Positions 36,846 to 44,084 of a stretch of 64,000 nucleotides of DNA are shown here, in pieces. The number at the start of each line of letters is the position of its first letter. Positions within the stretch are counted from its first letter, which is position 1. This DNA comes from a virus, in IMG/VR virus record IMGVR_UViG_3300025158_000005; one strand, given 5' to 3'. Below the pieces are notes generated by a model. That model saw only the letters and a program-made list of their open reading frames with translations. It had not been told where the DNA came from and made no database searches. The translations under genes and the position numbers were made by a program.

Positions 36846-37277
36846 ATGGCAACTCGCTCAACAGTGGCATTCGAATGCGGAGATGGCTCAATCGAACAGA
36901 TTTACGTTCACTGGGATGGTTACATTTCTTGGAATGGTAAGATTTTGTTCAATCATTATCAAGACCCGAAAAAGATTCGTGATCTGATTTCATGCGGCGC
37001 CTGCTCTGTCTTGGCAGAGGAAATTGGGCGTAAGCACGAGTTTGATAAGTCTCATGATGGTATCTGCAAGTTTTATCATCGTGACCGCGGGGATGAATTG
37101 CAAGTGCATCGTCATCCGTCTTTCGAACACTATCAAAATCATGGCAACTTCGAAGAATACGACTACATTTATCGAAAAGGCGAATGGTTGGTTAGCGCAG
37201 ATTCTGCCAAAACTTTCGCGCGTCTGGAAGATGCTTTGAAACTCGAACAAGAAGAAAACGTTTTCCCTTATCTCTGA
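36846..37277 (+). CDS. conserved phage early protein
   Basis: MATRS...YVHWDGY...EEYDYI; promoter near 36787. Confidence 0.75.
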   Translation: MATRSTVAFECGDGSIEQIYVHWDGYISWNGKILFNHYQDPKKIRDLISCGACSVLAEEIGRKHEFDKSHDGICKFYHRDRGDELQVHRHPSFEHYQNHGNFEEYDYIYRKGEWLVSADSAKTFARLEDALKLEQEENVFPYL

Positions 37278-37508
37278 ACAAAGGAATTTTATATTACGGA
37301 TCTCTTGACTAAATTCTCTCTCTTACCGTATTGATCATGCTCGTAATTGGGCTGATGGTTTCTCTGCCTGTGATGCGGCTTTGGAACTTCTGCTTGGTGC
37401 AGGCTGTTATAGGTCTTGTGACAATTGGTTGGCTGCAAGCATGGGGCATTACCGCTCTCTGTGGCATTCTGTTCAAGACCGACGTGACTGTAAAAACATC
37501 ATAAAAGT

Positions 37509-37566
37509 TTGACGAAAAATAAGTTTTACTATATAATAGATGTATAAGTTATAAACTGCTCTTTAA
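37509..37566 (+). promoter_or_regulatory. sigma70 promoter followed by boxA
   Basis: TTGACG-17-TATAAT (37509-37537); TGCTCTTTAA (37557-37566). Confidence 0.75.
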
Positions 37567-37575
37567 TGATATATT

Positions 37576-37775
37576 AGGATAGATACAGCAACAAATTTTA
37601 AAAGACCTACTAAGATTGCCCTAACTTGTGTGAAAGGCTGACTACCGGGAAAGACGGTGACAACTTGGAAAGACACGTTAGAGCCAACGTCGAATCAGTT
37701 GGTGATGTTCAAGGAAATTACTTGATGACACTTGAAAAGACAAGTGCTAAGGGGAAAGCCATGATCTCTATCCTG
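37576..37775 (+). ncRNA. CAGCA-stem RNA A5 (long, multi-hairpin)
   Basis: AGGATAGAT-ACAGCAA ... TCTATCCT-G. Confidence 0.75.
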
Positions 37776-37792
37776 TTAAAGTTGTAAAATTT

Positions 37793-37896
37793 AGGATGAC
37801 TACAGCATACACTTAAAATATCGCTAATGCCTAGAAGTTATAAGGGTCCGGCGCCGAGTATATACGGACGTGGGACCTAGGGCTTCTGTTATCCTG
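37793..37896 (+). ncRNA. CAGCA-stem RNA A6
   Basis: AGGATGACT-ACAGCAT ... GTTATCCT-G. Confidence 0.75.
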
Positions 37897-37914
37897 TCAA
37901 AATGAAGTAGTTTT

Positions 37915-37983
37915 AGAATGTTTGCAGCAAACACTATCTGCAAAGCGATTCCGAGGGACTTATAAATCCCCTCAAACATTCTG
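37915..37983 (+). ncRNA. CAGCA-stem RNA A7
   Basis: AGAATGTTT-GCAGCAA ... AAACATTCT-G (compensatory G-C to A-T change). Confidence 0.75.
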
Positions 37984-38003
37984 TTAATTATTGGAGTAAT
38001 ACA

Positions 38004-38492
38004 ATGAACACTTTTGCACAAGCAGTAAACGCTCCCGCAGTTACCTCAACCACCAACGGCATGAAGGCTTTTACCAACACTGGCAAGTCTATTGTCGACC
38101 TGTTTTATTCGATCGGCTCGTCACGTAATGCACAACCTAAGATTGCTGCTGAATTCTCTCGCGCATTCGCCGAGGACAAGACCCTAGCGGCTCGTACCCT
38201 ATTTTGGGCACGTGATATTCGTGGCGGCGCGGGCGAACGTTTGACGTTCCGTAATCTGATGTTACAGTTGGAAAAGACTGACGTGAACGCATGTAAGCGG
38301 CTAATTCCGTTGATCCCCGAATATGGTCGTTGGGATGATCTGTTGATCTTCACCGCGGCTGATACCAAGGAAGTTGCATATAAAATTATATCAAAAACTC
38401 TCAAAAATGGGATAAAATCCCGTCACATATTGGAAATAATTGAATCGTTGTCTGAAGATGATTGTAAAGAATTGTTGGAGCATTTTGAATAA
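38004..38492 (+). CDS. DUF2828 (TROVE/Ro60-like) protein, N-terminal half
   Basis: TTNG, VDLF, LFWARDIRGGAGER, IPEYGRWDDL. Confidence 0.85.
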   Translation: MNTFAQAVNAPAVTSTTNGMKAFTNTGKSIVDLFYSIGSSRNAQPKIAAEFSRAFAEDKTLAARTLFWARDIRGGAGERLTFRNLMLQLEKTDVNACKRLIPLIPEYGRWDDLLIFTAADTKEVAYKIISKTLKNGIKSRHILEIIESLSEDDCKELLEHFE

Positions 38493-39232
38493 TGTCTAAC
38501 GATGTTTGCATTATCAATTTCTTTTTTGCATATCATACAGCAGCACAATAATGGTTTAACTCTACATTTACTCATCTCACCAGTAAAATGTGGGCAATTA
38601 TTAAAATGATGTTGTTTCATTGCACCGTAATTGGTTCCAATTTTGCCGCAATGTGGACAAGTAAATTCTCCAACTAACGGTTTAGGTTTTGAATATGTAT
38701 TATTCTCAATCAGTTTCATAATATTCAATTTCGCGGCATCTGATCTATTTTTGATATGTTCTTGATCTACGGCTGGATTAAATTTACAATTATCACCATG
38801 AAATCTAATATAATTTCCAGGATCAGTTTCTCGATTACAATGTGGGCACAATTTCTTTTGAGTGTGTTTTCTAGCTTGACTTATATTAAATCGTCTCTCG
38901 TCAGAACATGGTTTATGTTTAAACGGCAACATTATTTTAATCTCAAATGGAGTTAAAGATTGTCTTTTTGTAAAAAATGTCATAGCGTGTTCCATTTTGT
39001 ATTTGTCTGATCCACTGGTCATTTTAGTCAGCAACCAATGACAAACAAAATGTTCTTTAATGCTAAGATAAACAAGTTGATTATTTTTAATAATAGATTT
39101 AGGATAAATGTGATGACCTTCTACTTCTCCTAGCATTAATTTAGCATCTTTTCTTGTTTTCGCCCGGGCAATAGCTTTATCTATTATTTGAAAATACCAC
39201 TTAGTGTATTTGTTGTCTATAAAATGAATCAT
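38423..39232 (-). mobile_element. HNH homing endonuclease inserted antisense within the DUF2828 gene
   Basis: NKYTKWY, EGHHIYPKS, EHFVCHWLL; repeated CPHC...H..NC modules; AT-rich. Confidence 0.88.
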
Positions 39233-39241
39233 TATTTGTCA

Positions 39242-39270
39242 TTGACTTAAATTATTAATTGATATATTAT
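39242..39270 (+). promoter_or_regulatory. sigma70-like promoter for the C-terminal half
   Basis: TTGACT-17-TATTAT. Confidence 0.55.
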
Positions 39271-39299
39271 ATATAAATGGATACCTTGAAAGGGTTAAA

Positions 39300-40331
39300 A
39301 TGTCTTACAAAACACAATTAGAATCAATCTGTCGTCAAAATTTGTCTAGCGCGCAGTTGTGCGCTAAGTGGCAAGATCGTAAAGGGCTGGCAGCAGTCGA
39401 ATTGCGTAAGTTCATGAAGATGACGCCAAAGCAGTATCGCAAGACTTTGGTTTCAATGACTAACGTCGTTGAACAGTCAATGTGTGCCCAAGAATGGGAT
39501 AAGATCGAATTTGACAAGTTGCCTTCTGTTGCGTCAAAGATTTACATGAAGGCATTCACCAAGAATGCGACCGCGCAATATATGAAGTACAAGGAAGCCT
39601 TGACGAAGGGCGAAGCGAAGATCAATGCATCGGCGATCTTCCCGTACCAAGTTATTCAAGGTATGCGCCGTGGTGACGCAACCGTTGGTATGGCGCAATG
39701 GGGCGCACTGCCTAACTATTTGGGCGATGATAAGATTCTGACTATGGTAGACGTGTCGGGGTCAATGAACTGCCCTGCTGGCAGCAACGTGAGTTGTATG
39801 GATATTGCAGTGTCTCTTGGTCTGTATATTGCAGATAAGCAACAAGGCGCATTCAACGGCATGTTCTTGACGTTCTCGGAGAAGCCTCAATTGGTGCAGT
39901 TGACCGGTAACATTCAACAAAAGATGTCGCAAATGCAACGCTCCGACTGGGGTATGAACACCAACATCACCGCGGCATTCGATGAAGTATTGGAGGTGGC
40001 AACTCGTAACAAGGTTGAAGTATCTGAAATGCCCAAGTTCATCTTGATCATGTCAGATATGCAGTTTGATAGATGCTCCAACATGTCTGGGCTGGAAATG
40101 ATTCGTACAAAGTATGAAGCGGCAGGGTACGAAGTTCCGAAGATTGTTTTCTGGAACTTGAATGCAATACACGCAAACGCGCCGACGACGGTCCGTACAG
40201 ATGGTGTTGCATTGATTTCAGGATTCTCGCCTGCAATCATGAAGTCCGTGTTGAAAGCAGAAAACTTTGATCCATTGTCGATTGTTATGCAAACGATTAA
40301 CGGTCCTCGTTATCAGATGATTGAACTGTAA
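39300..40331 (+). CDS. DUF2828 protein, C-terminal half with vWA domain
   Basis: CAKW, YRKTL, MIDAS motif DVSGSM, TFS, WGMNTN, SDMQFD, VFWNL, SGFSP. Confidence 0.9.
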   Translation: MSYKTQLESICRQNLSSAQLCAKWQDRKGLAAVELRKFMKMTPKQYRKTLVSMTNVVEQSMCAQEWDKIEFDKLPSVASKIYMKAFTKNATAQYMKYKEALTKGEAKINASAIFPYQVIQGMRRGDATVGMAQWGALPNYLGDDKILTMVDVSGSMNCPAGSNVSCMDIAVSLGLYIADKQQGAFNGMFLTFSEKPQLVQLTGNIQQKMSQMQRSDWGMNTNITAAFDEVLEVATRNKVEVSEMPKFILIMSDMQFDRCSNMSGLEMIRTKYEAAGYEVPKIVFWNLNAIHANAPTTVRTDGVALISGFSPAIMKSVLKAENFDPLSIVMQTINGPRYQMIEL

Positions 40332-40522
40332 TTTATTGACAATAAATGCCACGTATGCGACAATGTATACGTGTCGTTTTTACATCATGAAGAATGAAAT
40401 GAATTGTCAAGAAAAACCAAAGAACACACTCTGTCCGAATCAGGGGCACACTAATTGATCCTCCTGTTTCAGCAACGAGACAAAAGGATTTCTATGACAA
40501 TCAACCCAGCGGAGAAATCTAA

Positions 40523-40831
40523 ATGCAAGTAGTAATTAACAAACTGTCAACCTATGACGAAATTATCGGTCAAGTATGCGGTGGTTTTCTGCCAGCAACT
40601 ACTAATATGGAGGGTATATGGTTGTACCAGCCTTGCGCCTTGTGGATGATGCAAACTCAGCAAGGTACTGGTGCATCATTCGAGACCCCGTTGCTCCTAG
40701 CTGACGATGATCACCCAGCTTTCTTCCCGTACCACGCAATCAATATGTACACCGAGAGCGTAACCGAGTACGAAAAGCGTTATCTTGAATCGGTCTCTGG
40801 AATTTCTCTAGCAACATCACTGAACGGGTAA
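40523..40831 (+). CDS. Sm-like T4-family hypothetical protein
   Basis: KLSTYDEIIG...Y...SGI pattern. Confidence 0.55.
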   Translation: MQVVINKLSTYDEIIGQVCGGFLPATTNMEGIWLYQPCALWMMQTQQGTGASFETPLLLADDDHPAFFPYHAINMYTESVTEYEKRYLESVSGISLATSLNG

Positions 40832-40835
40832 TAAA

Positions 40836-41195
40836 ATGTTTCGGATTCCTACGTCCCTTCTTTCTCATGGTGTATCTGTTGTGACAACGGACACACCTAA
40901 CACCACATTGAAACTGAAAACTCTTGAAGGAGTAAATCTGTTTCAAAAACGTTGTAAGTTGTTGGACTACGCAAAAAAGAACGGCAATGAGGAAACTTAC
41001 ATGAATTATATGCGCCAGGAATTCAATGATGTGAGACAAGAAATGTCAAACTTTATCAACGATCAAGATACAGCACGAAAGTACAAGATGGACGAAAGTG
41101 ATCCGTACGGATGGGCAATCTATTATGAACTTCTGGATCGGTGGGTCGTTGCTGACTGGTTTGCGAATAAAATTCCTTTGATGAAAGGTGCATAA
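40836..41195 (+). CDS. hypothetical protein
   Basis: 119-aa ORF in operon. Confidence 0.55.
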   Translation: MFRIPTSLLSHGVSVVTTDTPNTTLKLKTLEGVNLFQKRCKLLDYAKKNGNEETYMNYMRQEFNDVRQEMSNFINDQDTARKYKMDESDPYGWAIYYELLDRWVVADWFANKIPLMKGA

Positions 41196-41196
41196 C

Positions 41197-41400
41197 ATGA
41201 CCGAATTTCGTGCATTGAGTAAGGGTGATCAAATTGAACTTCAAGTAAAAGTGCGTCGATTGGAAGAAGAAATTGCTTACATGAAACGTCAACTTATTGA
41301 ACTTGCATATGAACGTGACGGTATTGTCGAAGAAATTATCGACATTCAAATGAAGGAAATGGAACGCGAAATGGAGGCACAACTTCATGAAGGAACATGA
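41197..41400 (+). CDS. coiled-coil hypothetical protein
   Basis: ORF overlapping the gp33 start. Confidence 0.5.
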   Translation: MTEFRALSKGDQIELQVKVRRLEEEIAYMKRQLIELAYERDGIVEEIIDIQMKEMEREMEAQLHEGT

Positions 41401-41617
41401 TCTATTTTTGACTCCCGAGGCATTCTTGAGTATAATTCAAGATCGAATGATAGAAAAGCGTATCAACATGATCGATGCAGTTCTCGATTATTGCACAGAG
41501 TATTGTATTGACGTTGATGATGTTGTGCCTCTGATTACTCGTCCCATGAAAGAACTGATCAAGAATGATGCAATGGAAACGGGTCTTATAATGAAGGAAG
41601 CGAGTCTGCCCGTATGA
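41387..41617 (+). CDS. gp33: late-promoter transcription coactivator
   Basis: F...I...IDAVLDYC....IDVDDV..LI...KE.I..DA; synteny with gp59 and gp32. Confidence 0.85.
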   Translation: MKEHDLFLTPEAFLSIIQDRMIEKRINMIDAVLDYCTEYCIDVDDVVPLITRPMKELIKNDAMETGLIMKEASLPV

Positions 41618-42138
41618 ATATGAGAACTGTATATAACATTTTGTAGCCGATGAACGTCATTGTCGGAATCTTATCGGCAATGACTGACAACGTGTGGTCC
41701 GCGGTGTTCGTCTTTGTGCTGCGATTGCGATATATTATATTTTGGAGTATAATCTAGTATGATTATCTTTCGGTATCTTTCCATGATTAGTATCGGGCTT
41801 GGAATAGGAATGTCTATTGGTGATCTTATTCGCGGAATACAAATAATCGATGGTGCATTGCTTATCATCATCGGTCTTATTATTCAAATCATTTGTATGT
41901 TGAGAATCAAGCAAGTGGAATATTAGTGCAAAGCGCATTATCCAATGCTGAAAATTAACAAGTTTACCGGTCTATGTTATATTGATAACACCTATGATAA
42001 TCCTAGATTAAAAATTCAATGTATCATAACAAAAGCCAAACCAAGGTGGAATTTGGGATTGGGCAGTCATACTGTATCTTACTATACGGAATGGATTAAA
42101 GATATTGATGTTGTTGAGGTTAACTTTTGTGGTGAATA

Positions 42139-42756
42139 ATGTTATCAGGTTGGACTTTTTTCAAGATTCACAAGGCGATTGACTTTCATTTCAACGTAGC
42201 ATCATATGACGTGATAAAGTATTCGGGCAAGATAAAGGTTTCACCAGAAAAATACGGAGTTAGAAGTGACAGACACAGATTCGAATATTACGGTGGTAAG
42301 TTCTTTAACCGCGAAAAAGCGGCTCAGTTCTGCATTGCTAACTTTATTCGTGGCAATCGGGACTTTATCTACAACAGTTATGAGGACGCTGAATCTGAAT
42401 ATCTACAGTGGCGCAAGATCCAAGATTCAATCACAAAAGTATTCCAAGACGATCTTAATAAAATAGAATCACGTGCAAAAGGAGTTGATATCTTTTCGGT
42501 AACTCCGAGTGGAAATCAGCCTCCTTTGTTGCAAATGATCAAGGCAAGTTTTATTACTGTCGAAAGTGCTGTTTTGCTATATAATGAAGGCACCAACAAA
42601 TTTTTTGACACGTGGGCAGAAGTATGTAATAATGATCCATATGCAAAAACTTTGGTAATGCGTTGTATGAAGTATCGACCTTTTGTCAAATACCAAAAAG
42701 ACAAGATTCAAACAATAATCAAGGAGCATAAGTTTCAAAATGGGCAAGTCAGTTAA
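42139..42756 (+). CDS. gp59: helicase loader
   Basis: HF..SYDVIKYSGK...RSDR..F...KYRPF; upstream of gp32. Confidence 0.85.
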   Translation: MLSGWTFFKIHKAIDFHFNVASYDVIKYSGKIKVSPEKYGVRSDRHRFEYYGGKFFNREKAAQFCIANFIRGNRDFIYNSYEDAESEYLQWRKIQDSITKVFQDDLNKIESRAKGVDIFSVTPSGNQPPLLQMIKASFITVESAVLLYNEGTNKFFDTWAEVCNNDPYAKTLVMRCMKYRPFVKYQKDKIQTIIKEHKFQNGQVS

Positions 42757-42937
42757 GCGGTACGCCAAGTCATTTTATGATGATGACAAGGAAGATAAGC
42801 GTAACAAAAGCAGTCATTATAAGCATTCCACAGCAAGCATAATTAGTAACGTGGATGAATATGATTTTGATGATGACCAAACAGAATTGGCATTAGAACT
42901 AGAATATCATCTGCGAAGAAATAACCGTCGTTTATAA
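42740..42937 (+). CDS. small acidic hypothetical protein
   Basis: 65-aa ORF. Confidence 0.45.
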   Translation: MGKSVKRYAKSFYDDDKEDKRNKSSHYKHSTASIISNVDEYDFDDDQTELALELEYHLRRNNRRL

Positions 42938-42996
42938 TCGTGTAGTACCAAAAGCGTTTACATTTCGTTTACAATCGTGTATATAGGAGATACAAT

Positions 42997-43965
42997 ATGG
43001 CAATTAATCCTGCCCTACTAGCCGCCGTTCAAAAGTTACAAGCGGGCGGCTATTCAAACCAAGATGATAATAAGGAAGATTTCTGGCGGTGTGAAACAGA
43101 CAGTGCTGGTAATGGTTTCGCTGTCATTCGTTTTCTTCCAGCAAAGTCCGACGATCAACTTCCATTCACCAAAATATTCGACCATGGTTTCCAAGGTCCG
43201 GGCGGCTGGTTCATCGAGAAGTGCCCAACCACAATCGATAAAGAATGCCCGGTATGTGAAGCAAATGGTCCTCTTTGGAATTCGGGTTTGGAATCCGACA
43301 AGGGAGTCGTTCGCAAGCGCAAGCGTCGTACATCATTCATTTCCAACATCAAAGTCATTTCCGATCCAAAGAATCCTCAGAACGAAGGTAAGATTTTCAA
43401 GTTCAAGTATGGCAAGAAAATCTTTGATATGATTGCAACCGCGATGCAGCCTCCGCTGGTTGAACTCGATGCCGGTGAAGCAGTAGCAATCGATCCGTTC
43501 AGTTTAACGGAAGGTGCTAACTTCAAGTTGAAGATTCGCAGGGTTGAAAAATACGCAAACTTTGAGAAGTCGAGTTTCGATAATGTCTCTACATGTGATA
43601 TTGATTGGAAAAAGTTGTTCGATCTTTCCGTCTATAACGACGAGAAGATGTTCAAGAGTTACGAAGACCTGAAAAAGCGTTTCCTAAAGGTAACTGCTGG
43701 TGGGACTGCAAAGCCAACTCAAATGAGCACGTCAACCTCCGATATGACAGAGGAAGATGACAACCCTAAGGTAACTGCTGGTGGGACTGCAAAGCCAACT
43801 CAAATGAGCACGTCAACCTCCGATATGACAGAGGAAGATGACAACCCTTTTGATAACGCGGTAAAGATGAACCAGCCCGTAACAACGGCATCCAAACCCG
43901 CAGTAACCAGTGATGATGACGATGATGATATGTCGTTCTTTCGTAGTCTTGCAGCAGATGACTAA
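42997..43965 (+). CDS. gp32: single-stranded DNA-binding protein
   Basis: GNGFAVIRFLP, HGFQGPGGWFIEKCPTT..CPVCE, YGKKIFD, GANFKLK, acidic tail. Confidence 0.97.
   Translation: MAINPALLAAVQKLQAGGYSNQDDNKEDFWRCETDSAGNGFAVIRFLPAKSDDQLPFTKIFDHGFQGPGGWFIEKCPTTIDKECPVCEANGPLWNSGLESDKGVVRKRKRRTSFISNIKVISDPKNPQNEGKIFKFKYGKKIFDMIATAMQPPLVELDAGEAVAIDPFSLTEGANFKLKIRRVEKYANFEKSSFDNVSTCDIDWKKLFDLSVYNDEKMFKSYEDLKKRFLKVTAGGTAKPTQMSTSTSDMTEEDDNPKVTAGGTAKPTQMSTSTSDMTEEDDNPFDNAVKMNQPVTTASKPAVTSDDDDDDMSFFRSLAADD
43687..43848 (+). repeat. perfect 81-bp tandem duplication in the gp32 tail
   Basis: KVTAGGTAKPTQMSTSTSDMTEEDDNP twice. Confidence 0.95.
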
Positions 43966-43985
43966 TCAGTAAAGATAGTCAAAAT

Positions 43986-44012
43986 AAAAAGGGAGCCTTA
44001 GGCTCCCTTTTA
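43986..44012. terminator. bidirectional intrinsic terminator
   Basis: AAAAA-GGGAGCC-TTA-GGCTCCC-TTTT between convergent genes. Confidence 0.9.
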
Positions 44013-44084
44013 TTGTGCTACGACTAGCAAAACGTCAATTTTGTAAATTAGATGCGCTGGAAGCGTCTGGCTCCAATGCTTAGA

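Noticed and set aside
37576-37983. CRISPR array interpretation of the repeated AGGAT...CAGCA motif
   Set aside because: Units are paired terminal stems with covarying sequence and very unequal lengths, not identical direct repeats with uniform spacers; no cas genes are present.
38400-39350. Group I intron or intein in the DUF2828 gene
   Set aside because: The endonuclease is antisense and fills almost the whole insert. No intron core or intein terminal motifs (C/S start, HN end) are visible, and the C-half has its own start signals.
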